From Gemmatimonadota bacterium (GTDB taxonomy: Bacteria > Gemmatimonadota > Gemmatimonadetes > Gemmatimonadales > Gemmatimonadaceae), in NCBI GenBank assembly GCA_040389905.1, contig JAZJZK010000041.1:1-64000 (forward strand): DNA of 64,000 nucleotides, read 5' to 3'. The first letter of the stretch is position 1. Each line of letters opens with the position of its first letter. Below, piece after piece: positions 37,227 through 49,585 of the stretch. The translations under genes were made by a program, and so were the position numbers. The notes below the pieces were generated by a model, which did no database searches, had not been told where the DNA came from, and worked only from the letters and a program-made list of their open reading frames with translations.

Positions 37227-38543
37227 ATGGGCTTTCCACACAAGCCACACGAGCGCGAGACGCTCGTTCTTTCGAAGCACTTCGGCGAGCAGGAGGCCAT
37301 TGGCCTCGATGGCTGGCGGAAGCGCGGCGGTTATCAGGCGCTCGAGAAGGCGCTCAAAATGGAGCCGGGCGAGATCGTCCAGATCGTCAAGGATTCCGGT
37401 TTGCGCGGACGCGGCGGGGCTGGTTTCCCCACCGGCGTGAAGTGGAGCTTCATGAAGCCTGGCGATGGCAAGCAACACTACCTCGCCTGCAACGCCGACG
37501 AGTCCGAGCCCGGTACGTTCAAGGATCGCGAGATCATGCGCTGGACGCCGCACGCCCTGGTCGAGGGGTGCGCGATCGGCGCGTACGCGATCGGCGCGAC
37601 GGTCGCGTACATCTATATCCGCGGCGAGTACACGGAAGCGCTCGAGAAGATGAACGCCGCGTGCAAGGAAGCGTACGCCGCGGGCATTCTCGGCACGAAC
37701 GCGATGGGGACTGGCAAGACGGTTCACGTCTACGTGCACAAGGGCGCGGGTGCGTACATCTGCGGCGAAGAGACCGCCATGATGAATTCGCTCGAGGGTC
37801 GCCGGGGCAATCCGCGCATCAAGCCGCCATTTCCGGCGGTTGCGGGCCTCTTCGGCTTGCCGACGACGATCAACAACGTCGAGACGCTTGCCGCCGTACC
37901 GCACATCCTGAACAACGGCGCCGCGTGGTACCAGAACTTCAAGCGCGCCGATAATCCGAAGAGCACCGGCACCAAGCTCTATTCCGTTTGTGGCAACATC
38001 CAGAAGCCCGGCAACTACGAAGTCACGATGGGATTTCCCTTCAAGGATTTCCTGTATGACCTCTGCGGCGGTCCTCTGCCCGGCCGCAAGTTCCGCGCGA
38101 TCATCCCCGGTGGCATTTCCGTTCCGATTCAGACGCTCGATGAAGCGGAAGCGTCGCTGATGGATTACGAGGGCTTCGTCGCTAACGGCACGATGCTCGG
38201 CTCCGGTGGCGTCATCGTCATCGACGATGCACAGAATCTCGTGAAGCAGATCGCTCGTGCGGCGCGCTTTTTCGCCCACGAGAGCTGTGCGCAATGCACG
38301 CAGTGCCGAGAGGGCACGGCCTGGACGACCAAGATTCTCGAGCGCATCGTCGCGGGTGACGGAACACACGAAGACTTCGATACGCTGCTGGAGATCGCGG
38401 AGAACATGACAGGCAAGACGATCTGTGTGCTCAGCGACTCGTGCGCGACACCGGTCATCTCGGGACTGACGAAGTTCCGCGGCGACTTCGAGGCGTTGAT
38501 CAAGAAGAAGAAGGTCCACATGGTGCCGGCGCAGGTGGCCTGA
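37227..38543 (+). CDS. nuoF: NADH-quinone oxidoreductase subunit F
   Basis: [48 protein letters not shown]. Confidence 0.97.
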   Translation: MGFPHKPHERETLVLSKHFGEQEAIGLDGWRKRGGYQALEKALKMEPGEIVQIVKDSGLRGRGGAGFPTGVKWSFMKPGDGKQHYLACNADESEPGTFKDREIMRWTPHALVEGCAIGAYAIGATVAYIYIRGEYTEALEKMNAACKEAYAAGILGTNAMGTGKTVHVYVHKGAGAYICGEETAMMNSLEGRRGNPRIKPPFPAVAGLFGLPTTINNVETLAAVPHILNNGAAWYQNFKRADNPKSTGTKLYSVCGNIQKPGNYEVTMGFPFKDFLYDLCGGPLPGRKFRAIIPGGISVPIQTLDEAEASLMDYEGFVANGTMLGSGGVIVIDDAQNLVKQIARAARFFAHESCAQCTQCREGTAWTTKILERIVAGDGTHEDFDTLLEIAENMTGKTICVLSDSCATPVISGLTKFRGDFEALIKKKKVHMVPAQVA

Positions 38544-40111
38544 TGGCTGAGACGAAGATGGTGAACCTGACGATCGAAGGGCGCGCGGTCTCGGTGCCCG
38601 ATGGAACGTCGATCCTCGAGGCGGCGAAGGTCGCCGGCGTGCTTGTCCCGCACTACTGCTATCACCCGGGCCTTCCCGTGGCCGGCGTCTGCCGCATGTG
38701 CCTCGTCGAAGTGGAGAAAGCGCCGAAGCTCGCGCCCTCCTGCGCGACGTCGGTGATGGAAGGGCAGGTCGTCCACGTCCACTCGGACAAGGCGCTCGAA
38801 GCCCGCAAGGGCGTGCTCGAGATGCTGCTCATCAACCACCCACTCGATTGCCCGATCTGTGATCAGGCTGGCGAGTGCGAGCTCCAGGACTACACCTACC
38901 AGGAAGGCCGCAGCGAAGGTCGCTACCGCGACCCCAAGCGTTTCAATCCGGTCGAGGATTTCGGCGGCGATGTCATGTACGTCGCGAACCGATGCATCCT
39001 GTGCACGCGCTGCGTCCGATTCATGGACGACGTCGCGAAGGACCCGGTGCTCGCCGTTGTCGAGCGCGGAGATCGCGCGCTGATCGGCAAGTTCGAGGGC
39101 GAGGACATGACGCATGCCTGGGCCGGCAACGTCATCGATCTCTGCCCGGTGGGCGCGCTGCTCTCCAAGGATTCGCTGAACAAGGCACGCGCGTGGGAGC
39201 TCGATCGCTCCGCGTCGGTGTGCCCGAACTGCTCGCAGGGCTGCAACATGATCGTAGAGACGCGCGACAATCAGGTCATGCGCCTGCGACCGCGTCCCAA
39301 TGCGGAAGTGAACGAGTACTTCATGTGCGATCACGGGCGGCTCAACTACCGCTGGATGAATCGCCGCGATCGTGTCGAGTCACCACTCGTGCGGCATGAG
39401 GGTGCGCTGCTCAGCACGGATTGGGATGTGGCGCTCCGCACGGCGGCGCAGCTGCTCAATGGCAAGCGCGCGTACGTGCTCGCCTCACCGAATCTCTCCA
39501 ACGAAGCGTTGTTCCTCCTCGGCAAGCTCGTCGCGAAAACGGGTGGGAAGGGTGCCTTCCGCGTCAATCAGGGGCAGGAAGCGCCGCTCCCCGGTGTCGA
39601 CGATCTGGCACTGCGCGCGGATCGCGCGGCCAATGTACGCGGTGCCGAACTCGCGGGTTTTACCCGCTCCGAGAGCCCACTGGCTGACATGCAGGCCGGT
39701 GACGTGCTGATCGTGGCCGACGAAGAGCTCGCGGGTGTCGACGCGATCGACGTCGCCAGGGCTGGCGCGGTGATCGTGATCGGGACGACGCTCCCCGCAT
39801 GGGCGCGCCACGGCGCGAACGTCGTGCTTCCCATTGCCAACTGTGTGGAGGAGGACGGCACCTTCACCAACTTGCGTGGCCGAGTGCAACGGTTCCTCCA
39901 GGCAAAGGCAGCGCCTGGACTGGCGCGGCCGAGCTTCTTCGCCGTCGGTGATCTCCTGGCGGCGATCGGCGAAGGCAGCGGATACTGGACGGCATCGCAG
40001 GCGTTCGACGCGCTCGCTGCGTCGCATCCTGAATTCGCCGGCATGTCGTACGACGGGCTGGCGCTCAAGGGCGCGATGACCGCCGGTGCAACGGCGGGAG
40101 CGGCGCAATGA
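38543..40111 (+). CDS. nuoG: NADH-quinone oxidoreductase subunit G (short form, ~522 aa)
   Basis: CRMCLVE, HPLDCPICDQAGECELQD, RCILCTRC, CPVGAL, CPNCSQGC. Confidence 0.95.
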   Translation: MAETKMVNLTIEGRAVSVPDGTSILEAAKVAGVLVPHYCYHPGLPVAGVCRMCLVEVEKAPKLAPSCATSVMEGQVVHVHSDKALEARKGVLEMLLINHPLDCPICDQAGECELQDYTYQEGRSEGRYRDPKRFNPVEDFGGDVMYVANRCILCTRCVRFMDDVAKDPVLAVVERGDRALIGKFEGEDMTHAWAGNVIDLCPVGALLSKDSLNKARAWELDRSASVCPNCSQGCNMIVETRDNQVMRLRPRPNAEVNEYFMCDHGRLNYRWMNRRDRVESPLVRHEGALLSTDWDVALRTAAQLLNGKRAYVLASPNLSNEALFLLGKLVAKTGGKGAFRVNQGQEAPLPGVDDLALRADRAANVRGAELAGFTRSESPLADMQAGDVLIVADEELAGVDAIDVARAGAVIVIGTTLPAWARHGANVVLPIANCVEEDGTFTNLRGRVQRFLQAKAAPGLARPSFFAVGDLLAAIGEGSGYWTASQAFDALAASHPEFAGMSYDGLALKGAMTAGATAGAAQ

Positions 40112-41391
40112 CCCATATCAATGCGCTCCTCCAGATCGCAGGACCGACCACGGAGCCTGGTTTCATCGTCTGGCTCATTGCCACGCTTGTGAAGATGATT
40201 CTCGTCTTCACCGTCTACATGCTCTGCGCCGCCCTCTTCACGTTGGCCGAGCGAAAGATTTCTGCGTGGATGCAAGACCGCCATGGACCGAACCGTGTCG
40301 GTAAGGGCTGGCTTCAGCCGATTGCCGACGGCGTCAAGAACTTCGTCAAGGAAGAGACGTATCCCGGTGCGGTGAACTTGCCGCTGTTTATTCTGGCGCC
40401 GGTGCTGTCCTTCCTGCCAGCGCTCATCACGTGGGCGGTCATTCCATTCGCGGCACCCTGGGGTTCGCGCTGGGGCCTCATCGAGATGGTGCTCGCGCCA
40501 CTCCCGATTGGCTTCCTCTTCATCCTCGCGATCTCGTCGCTTGGCGTCTACGGCATCGTGCTCGCTGGCTGGTCGTCGAACAACAAGTACGCGCTCCTCG
40601 GTGGATTGCGCTCGAGCGCGCAGATGATCTCGTACGAGATCGCCATGGGCATGAGCACCATCCCCGTGCTGCTCCTCGCGGGCAACGTGTCCCTCACCAA
40701 GATCGTGAGCCAGCAGTCGTTCGAGACGTGGAACGTGCTCAACCTCACCGTGGCGTTCTTCATCTTCATGGTGGCCGCCTTCGCCGAGACGAACCGGTTG
40801 CCGTTCGATCTTCCCGAGGCGGAGTCGGAACTGATCACGGGGTACCACACCGAGTACAGCGCGATGAAATTCTCGATGTTCTTCATCGCCGAGTATTCGA
40901 ACATGCTCACGGCGAGCGCGCTGATGGCGACGTTGTTCTTTGGCGGGTGGGACATTCCGTTCACCCTCTGGGACAACCTCGCGCCGCATACGGGTCTCAA
41001 GACGCTGCTGACGCTCTTCTCGTTCGTGATCAAGACGCTGGCGTTCGTCTTCCTGTTCATGTGGATCCGCTGGACACTTCCGCGCTTCCGCTACGATCAG
41101 CTCATGTCGCTGGGCTGGAAGTTCATGCTGCCATTGGCGCTGGGTTACATCGTTGCCATCGCGACCACGATCGTGACGCTCGATTCGATGGGGTTCGCCC
41201 GCGGCTCTGTGCCATTCCACACGGGTTTGATCCTGCTGAACCTCGCGGCGGTCGTGATCCTGTTCATGATTCTCGACCGCGGTCGTTTGATCAGCCCTGC
41301 ATACTCGCGCCTCGACCGGCGTGACCTCGATAAGTTGCGCGCCATGGGCGCGCCGCCCCGTGTTCCCCTCGTTCCCGAGTCCGGAGACTGA
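40108..41391 (+). CDS. nuoH: NADH-quinone oxidoreductase subunit H
   Basis: QDRHGPNRVG, ADGVK, AETNRLPFDLPEAESEL, PRFRYDQLM. Confidence 0.97.
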   Translation: MTHINALLQIAGPTTEPGFIVWLIATLVKMILVFTVYMLCAALFTLAERKISAWMQDRHGPNRVGKGWLQPIADGVKNFVKEETYPGAVNLPLFILAPVLSFLPALITWAVIPFAAPWGSRWGLIEMVLAPLPIGFLFILAISSLGVYGIVLAGWSSNNKYALLGGLRSSAQMISYEIAMGMSTIPVLLLAGNVSLTKIVSQQSFETWNVLNLTVAFFIFMVAAFAETNRLPFDLPEAESELITGYHTEYSAMKFSMFFIAEYSNMLTASALMATLFFGGWDIPFTLWDNLAPHTGLKTLLTLFSFVIKTLAFVFLFMWIRWTLPRFRYDQLMSLGWKFMLPLALGYIVAIATTIVTLDSMGFARGSVPFHTGLILLNLAAVVILFMILDRGRLISPAYSRLDRRDLDKLRAMGAPPRVPLVPESGD

Positions 41392-41885
41392 TGTCCATCG
41401 GCGTGAAGGTCGTCGACCGACCTATCGACCAGACGAGTTACGTACGCGCCACGCTCGGCGGCATGAAGCGAACCTTTCTCAAGCTGTTCGACGAGAAGGT
41501 GACCACGCAGTACCCCGAAGAGAAGGAGTCCATCTCGCGGCGGTGGCGTGGGACGCATCGCATGCTCACGACCGAGGACGGCAAGGCCAAGTGCGTCGGC
41601 TGCGGGCTGTGTCCGTCGGTGTGTCCCGCGAACTGCATCAAACTCGTTCCGGGCGAAGACGAGCAGGGCAATCGCTACCCGCTGGTGTTCGAAATCGACG
41701 AGTTCCGTTGCATTTTCTGCGGCTATTGTCAGGAGGTTTGCCCGGAAGAGGCGATTCACGTCGGCCGGCACTACGAAAACGCTGAATACAGCCGAGAGGG
41801 TTTCGTGTACGACCTCGAGCGGTTGATGGCGCAGACGCATCCGGTGTGCGAGATGTGGGACCCTGCAGATCCGAAGGGGGAGTAA
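41391..41885 (+). CDS. nuoI: NADH-quinone oxidoreductase subunit I
   Basis: TQYPEE, CVGCGLCPSVCP, CIFCGYCQEVCP. Confidence 0.97.
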   Translation: MSIGVKVVDRPIDQTSYVRATLGGMKRTFLKLFDEKVTTQYPEEKESISRRWRGTHRMLTTEDGKAKCVGCGLCPSVCPANCIKLVPGEDEQGNRYPLVFEIDEFRCIFCGYCQEVCPEEAIHVGRHYENAEYSREGFVYDLERLMAQTHPVCEMWDPADPKGE

Positions 41886-42442
41886 TGTCCCACAACGAAC
41901 TGCCGCTGTTCTACGTCTTTCACTTCTACTTTTTCGGGCTTGTCGCGGTCATTTCCGCGGTGTGCTTTGTCACGCGAAAGAGTCCAGTCGCCGCAGCGCT
42001 GTGGCTGGTGAACACGATGTTCTGCCTCGCGGCGATGTATGTGTTGCTCGACGCGCAGTTCATTGGCGCCATGCAGGTGCTGGTGTACGCAGGCGCAATC
42101 ATGGTGGTGTTCCTCTTCGTGATCATGCTGCTGAACCTGGGCCATCCGTCGGAGTTGGCAGACGCGCGTGGTCTGGGGTGGAAGCTGGTGGCTGGCGGAG
42201 TCGGCATCGCGCTACTTGCGCAGATCGTCGCCTTGACGAAGGGACGGATTCCGGAGCCGCTCGTGCTGCCCGAGAACACGATCGCCGATCAAGTGGCGAA
42301 GACGGGCGCCATCGCGCCGCTCGCCGGCCCGCTGTTCCACGAGTACCTGCTCGCGTTCGAGGTGACGAGCATCCTGTTGCTCGCGGCAATTGTTGGCGCC
42401 GTGGTCCTCGGCAAGCGCAAGGAGCGTGTCCATGCTGGGTGA
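41885..42442 (+). CDS. nuoJ: NADH-quinone oxidoreductase subunit J
   Basis: [29 protein letters not shown]. Confidence 0.96.
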   Translation: MSHNELPLFYVFHFYFFGLVAVISAVCFVTRKSPVAAALWLVNTMFCLAAMYVLLDAQFIGAMQVLVYAGAIMVVFLFVIMLLNLGHPSELADARGLGWKLVAGGVGIALLAQIVALTKGRIPEPLVLPENTIADQVAKTGAIAPLAGPLFHEYLLAFEVTSILLLAAIVGAVVLGKRKERVHAG

Positions 42443-42721
42443 AGCCCTGTTCTTTAGCGCCGTGCTGTTCACGATCGGTGTCGTGGGCGTGCTCACGCGG
42501 CGAAATGCCATCATCATCTTCATGTGCGTCGAGCTGATGCTCAACGCCGTGAATCTCACGTTTATCGCCTTCGCGCAGGTGTACGGCGTCGCGGGCCAGC
42601 TCTTCGTGTTCTTCGTCATGACCGTGGCGGCCGCAGAAGCGGCTGTCGGGCTCGCGATAATCATCGCGCTGTTCCGCCACCGTCAGACGGTCAATTTGTC
42701 GAACATCAATCTCCTCAAGGG

Positions 42722-42725
<4 letters not shown>
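42432..42725 (+). CDS. nuoK: NADH-quinone oxidoreductase subunit K
   Basis: [27 protein letters not shown]. Confidence 0.97.
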
Positions 42726-44971
<2,246 letters not shown>

Positions 44972-44975
44972 CGAG

Positions 44976-46559
44976 ATGCGCGAGTTTCTGCTTTCCGTCG
45001 GCTACGACCGCTGGATCCTTCCGGCGCTTCTCGTGCTTCCGCTCATCGGTGCGCTGGCAATTCTTGCCGGCCCGCGCGGTGCGCAGGGCGAGGATGAAGT
45101 CGCCACGGGCCGTGCTGTCCGGCCACGCATGCTTGCGACGCTGGTCTTCGGTCTCGAGTTCATTCTGTCGCTCGGGCTCTGGTGGGCATTCGACCCCGCC
45201 GTGCCGGGTTGGCAACAGAAGTTCGACATCGCGTGGATTCCGTCGTGGGGCGTTCGGTTCACGCTCGGTCTCGACGGTATCGCACTCATGATGGTGCTGC
45301 TGACCACGTTCATCATGGCGCTAGCGGCGCTCGGCAGCTGGAGCGCGGTTCGCCACAAGGCCGCCGCCTACTATGCGCTGCTCCTCGTGCTGACGACGGG
45401 AATGCTCGGCGTGTTCATGGCGCTCGACCTGTTCCTGTTCTACGTGATGTGGGAAGTGATGCTGGTGCCGATGTACTTCATCGTCGGCATCTGGGGTGGG
45501 CAGCGACGCATTTATGCCAGCCTCAAGTTCTTCATCTACACGATGGTCGGTTCGCTGCTGATGCTCGTGGGCATCATCTACCTGGGGCTCGCGGCGACGA
45601 GCACGTCCACCTTTGTTCCCAACTTTTCGTACGACGCCATCATGGCGTCCGCGAATATTCCGCCGCATCACGCCATGTGGTTGTTCGGCGCCTTCTTCCT
45701 CGCATTCGCGGTGAAGGTGCCGATGTTCCCGTTCCACACGTGGTTGCCCGATGCACACGTGGAAGCGCCGACCGCAGGCTCCGTTGTGCTGGCGGCCATC
45801 ATGCTCAAGCTCGGGACCTTCGGATTCCTTCGGTTGGCGGTGCCGCTGTTCCCGACCGCCGCGATGGATCCCACGGTGCGTGGATTGATTCTGGGGCTCG
45901 CGGTCATCGGCATCGTCTACGGCGCGCTGGTGTCGCTCGTGCAGCCGGACTTCAAGAAACTCGTGGCATACAGCTCCGTGAGCCATCTCGGTTTCGTGAT
46001 GCTCGGCATCTTCGCACTGACCGTGCAGAGTGTGCAGGGCGCGTTGATGGTCATGATCAATCACGGCCTTTCGACTGGCGCGTTGTTCTTTCTGATTGGC
46101 ATGATCTACGAACGGCGCCACACGCGAATGATCTCCGCGTACGGCGGCATCGCGCGTGTCGTTCCCATGTTCTCCGCCATCCTTGTGTTCGTGTCACTCA
46201 GTTCGATCGGAGTACCGGGGACGAATGGATTCGTTGGCGAGTTCCTCGTGCTCCTTGGCTCTTATCGTACATATCCGATCTTCTCCGTCATCGCCGCCAC
46301 GAGCGTGATCATCGCCGCGGCGTATCTGTTGTGGGCCGTCCAGCGTATCCTCTTCAACCCGCTCGACAAGCCTGAGAACGAACACATTCCCGACCTCAAT
46401 CGGCGTGAGCTCCTTCTTCTGGCCCCGCTGCTCGCCGGTATTGTTTGGCTGGGTATCTATCCCGCGCCGGTGCTTCGGCGCATGCAACCTGCCGCCGAGC
46501 AGTTCGTGCGTACGGTCGAGCAGCGCGCCGCGCTGATGAGCGCTGAGGGAGGCCGCTGA
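44976..46559 (+). CDS. nuoM: NADH-quinone oxidoreductase subunit M
   Basis: WEVMLVPMY, KVPMFPFHTWLPDAHVEAPT, AYSSVSHLG. Confidence 0.97.
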   Translation: MREFLLSVGYDRWILPALLVLPLIGALAILAGPRGAQGEDEVATGRAVRPRMLATLVFGLEFILSLGLWWAFDPAVPGWQQKFDIAWIPSWGVRFTLGLDGIALMMVLLTTFIMALAALGSWSAVRHKAAAYYALLLVLTTGMLGVFMALDLFLFYVMWEVMLVPMYFIVGIWGGQRRIYASLKFFIYTMVGSLLMLVGIIYLGLAATSTSTFVPNFSYDAIMASANIPPHHAMWLFGAFFLAFAVKVPMFPFHTWLPDAHVEAPTAGSVVLAAIMLKLGTFGFLRLAVPLFPTAAMDPTVRGLILGLAVIGIVYGALVSLVQPDFKKLVAYSSVSHLGFVMLGIFALTVQSVQGALMVMINHGLSTGALFFLIGMIYERRHTRMISAYGGIARVVPMFSAILVFVSLSSIGVPGTNGFVGEFLVLLGSYRTYPIFSVIAATSVIIAAAYLLWAVQRILFNPLDKPENEHIPDLNRRELLLLAPLLAGIVWLGIYPAPVLRRMQPAAEQFVRTVEQRAALMSAEGGR

Positions 46560-48088
46560 TGCGCAGCTTCGACCTTTCCGTTCCGGCCCAACTGAGCGCC
46601 GCTCTCGCGCCAGACTTGCTGCTCATGGGCGGAGCGATGTTCCTGTTGCTGCTGGCGGTATGGAGGAAGGAGTCCGCGGCGCATCAGCGCACGATCGGTA
46701 TCCTGTCGATGGCGCTCTGCGTGGCCACGCTGGTGGTCATTGGGCTCATGATGCCCGAGCGATCAACGGCCACCGACGGCCCGATCGCGGTCGACAACTT
46801 CCGCTGGATGGCGGATATCATCATCCTCCTCGGTACCATCGGGGCGCTCGCGCTCGGGATCGACGACAACGATCGCGCCGGCACAACGACGGCCGAGACG
46901 CACGTGCTGATTCTGTTTGCGACGAGTGGCATGATGCTCCTCGCGGCCGCTCGCGATCTGATGATCGTGTTCCTCGGTATCGAGATCATGTCGATCTCCG
47001 TGTACGCGCTGGCGGGCATGAATCGCCGGAGCGAGCGCTCTGCCGAAGGCGCGCTGAAGTACTTCCTGCTTGGCGCGTTCTCGACCGCCATTCTGTTGTA
47101 CGGCATTGCCCTCGTCTATGGGGCAACCGGCACGACGAGCCTCTATCAGATTCACGCACGCGTCGCCCAGTACGACCTTGCGTCGAGTCCCCTGTTGTTG
47201 ATCGGGATCGCGCTGCTGCTCGTGGGCTTCGGCTTCAAGGTGTCGACGGTGCCATTCCACATGTGGGCACCCGACGTCTACGACGGCTCGCCGAATCCCA
47301 TCACCGCCTACATGGCCGCGACGGTGAAGACGGCGGCGTTCGCCGGCTTCCTCCGTGTGTGGCTCGAAGCGTTTGGTCCATCCATCGGAACCTGGCACCG
47401 CGCCGTGGTGGGATTGGCGATTGCTACCATGGTGTTCGGCAATGCGATTGGCTTGATGCAACGCAACCTGAAGCGTCTGCTGGCCTATTCGTCGATTGCG
47501 CATGCCGGTTTCATTCTCGTTGCCATCGCCGCCGGCACGGGGCAGGGGGCATCGGCGATGCTCTTCTACCTCTTCGCCTATACGCTCGCGACGTTCGGGG
47601 CATTCGGCGTGATCATCGTCATGTCGCGCGGTGACGCGCCGGTCACCACCGACGATCTCAACGGCCTGTGGAACGAGCGTCCGTGGCTCGCGCTCGGGAT
47701 GACGGTGTTCATGCTGGCGCTCATGGGCTTTCCGGTGTTCGGTGGAATCGGCTTCTTCGCCAAGTGGTATGTGCTGAAGGCCGCGCTGTCGGCGCCCGTT
47801 CCGGAAACGCTCCTCGCCGTCGTGCTCGTGCTGACGACGGTGATCTCGGCGGGGTACTACCTTTACGTCATCATGGTGATGTTCATGCGTCCGCGGCGCG
47901 ATGACGCACCGTCGATTGCGGCGACGCCGGGGTGGACGCGCTTCGTGCTCGTTGTCAGTGCGGCGGCGATCCTCATTCTCGGCATCCTGCCAGATCTCGC
48001 AGTTCGGTACGCCCAGGTTGGAACGCCGCGCCTCGACGCCGACGCCCCTGCCGCGTCGCCCGCGCGGCAGGCTGCGCTGGCTCCTTGA
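46559..48088 (+). CDS. nuoN: NADH-quinone oxidoreductase subunit N
   Basis: EGALKYFLLG, FKVSTVPFHMWAPDVYDG, KRLLAYSSIAH. Confidence 0.97.
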   Translation: MRSFDLSVPAQLSAALAPDLLLMGGAMFLLLLAVWRKESAAHQRTIGILSMALCVATLVVIGLMMPERSTATDGPIAVDNFRWMADIIILLGTIGALALGIDDNDRAGTTTAETHVLILFATSGMMLLAAARDLMIVFLGIEIMSISVYALAGMNRRSERSAEGALKYFLLGAFSTAILLYGIALVYGATGTTSLYQIHARVAQYDLASSPLLLIGIALLLVGFGFKVSTVPFHMWAPDVYDGSPNPITAYMAATVKTAAFAGFLRVWLEAFGPSIGTWHRAVVGLAIATMVFGNAIGLMQRNLKRLLAYSSIAHAGFILVAIAAGTGQGASAMLFYLFAYTLATFGAFGVIIVMSRGDAPVTTDDLNGLWNERPWLALGMTVFMLALMGFPVFGGIGFFAKWYVLKAALSAPVPETLLAVVLVLTTVISAGYYLYVIMVMFMRPRRDDAPSIAATPGWTRFVLVVSAAAILILGILPDLAVRYAQVGTPRLDADAPAASPARQAALAP

Positions 48089-48105
48089 GTGCCTGGTAGC
48101 AAAAT

Positions 48106-48193
48106 TGTCATCCCGAGCGAGCGGAGCGAGTCGAGGGATCTGCACCTCAGCACGTGCAGAGCCCTCGACTCACTTCGTTCGCTCGGGGTGACA
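48106..48193. repeat. 88-bp palindromic intergenic element (REP/MITE-like)
   Basis: 40-bp arms TGTCATCCCGAGCGAGCGGAGCGAGTCGAGGGATCTGCAC and GTGCAGAGCCCTCGACTCACTTCGTTCGCTCGGGGTGACA, 8-nt loop, 5 mismatches. Confidence 0.85.
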
Positions 48194-48216
48194 GCACAGT
48201 GGATCGATCTCACGCC

Positions 48217-49584
48217 ATGAGCATTTCCGCGGGAATCTTTCGGCAGTATGACGTCCGCGGCATCGTCGATTCGGACCTGACCGTCGAGGCGGCGCGTGCC
48301 ATCGGTGGAGCGTACGCCGCGCTGATGAAAGAACGGGGTGTCTCGGGCTCCGTCGCGGTTGGCCGCGACAACCGTCCGAGTGGCGACAAGCTTCGCGATG
48401 CACTCGTTGACGGGCTGACCGGCGCAGGCATCGATGTGGTCGACATTGGCGTCGTGCCGACTCCCGTCTTGTACTGGGCGTTGCATCATCTGCCTGTCGT
48501 GGGCGGAATCCAGATTACGGGGTCGCACAACCCGCCGGAATACAACGGTTTCAAGCTGTGTCTCGGCACGGAGTCGGTGCACGGCCATGAGCTCCAACAC
48601 CTCCTCGATCTCATCCGCACCAATGCTGCGCCGACTGGATCGGGAACGGTGTCGCATGAAGCGCTGATCGATCGATACGTCGCCGACATCGTGCAGCTGA
48701 CCGGTCCGCTCGCACGACCGCTCAAGATCGTCTACGACTGCGGCAACGGTGCCGCAGCGCTCGTTGCGCCGCAGCTCATGCGCGCGCTTGGAGTCGATGC
48801 GATCGGGCTGTTTACGGAGAGCGATGGCACCTTTCCCAATCATCATCCGGACCCCACGGTCTCCGAGAACCTTCAGGATCTCATTGCCGCGGTTCGCCGA
48901 GAGGGTGCCGAGCTCGGCATGGCATTCGATGGCGACGCCGACCGCATCGGGCTCGTCGACGAGACGGGAAAGATCATCTGGGGCGATCACATCCTCATTC
49001 TCTATGCGCGTGACGTGCTGGCGCGGACGGGCACCGGCCAGCCGATCATTTTCGACGTCAAGTGCAGCCAGGCGCTGACGGATGAGATCGCGCGCGCGGG
49101 CGGAAAGCCTGTGATGTGGAAGACCGGACACTCTCTCATCAAGGACAAGATGAAGGAGAGCGGTGCTCCGCTCGCCGGTGAAATGTCCGGACACATGTTC
49201 TTCAGCGAAGGCTTTTACGGACATGATGACGCGCTCTATGGTGCCGCGCGCCTGCTACGCATCGTGGCCGCAACGTCGCACAAGGTCGCGGAACTGCTGT
49301 CGGATGTTCCGCCCTTCGTGACGACGCCGGAGATCCGCGTGGAGTGTGGAGACGAGCGGAAGTTCGAGCTCGTCGAGCGTGCCGTTGCGCATTTTCGCGC
49401 GATCCACGACATCATCGATGTGGACGGCGTACGTGTCCTCTTCGGCGACGGATGGGGATTGATCCGCGCGTCCAATACGCAACCGATTCTTGTCACCCGC
49501 TACGAAGCGCGCTCTGCCGACCGGCTCGCGGCCATTCGAAATGAAATGGAGGGGTGGATCAGGTCGCAGGGCGTAAGTATCTGA
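48217..49584 (+). CDS. Phosphomannomutase/phosphoglucomutase
   Basis: IFRQYDVRG, TGSHNP, FDGDADR, GEMSGH, IRASNTQP. Confidence 0.95.
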   Translation: MSISAGIFRQYDVRGIVDSDLTVEAARAIGGAYAALMKERGVSGSVAVGRDNRPSGDKLRDALVDGLTGAGIDVVDIGVVPTPVLYWALHHLPVVGGIQITGSHNPPEYNGFKLCLGTESVHGHELQHLLDLIRTNAAPTGSGTVSHEALIDRYVADIVQLTGPLARPLKIVYDCGNGAAALVAPQLMRALGVDAIGLFTESDGTFPNHHPDPTVSENLQDLIAAVRREGAELGMAFDGDADRIGLVDETGKIIWGDHILILYARDVLARTGTGQPIIFDVKCSQALTDEIARAGGKPVMWKTGHSLIKDKMKESGAPLAGEMSGHMFFSEGFYGHDDALYGAARLLRIVAATSHKVAELLSDVPPFVTTPEIRVECGDERKFELVERAVAHFRAIHDIIDVDGVRVLFGDGWGLIRASNTQPILVTRYEARSADRLAAIRNEMEGWIRSQGVSI

Positions 49585-49585
49585 C

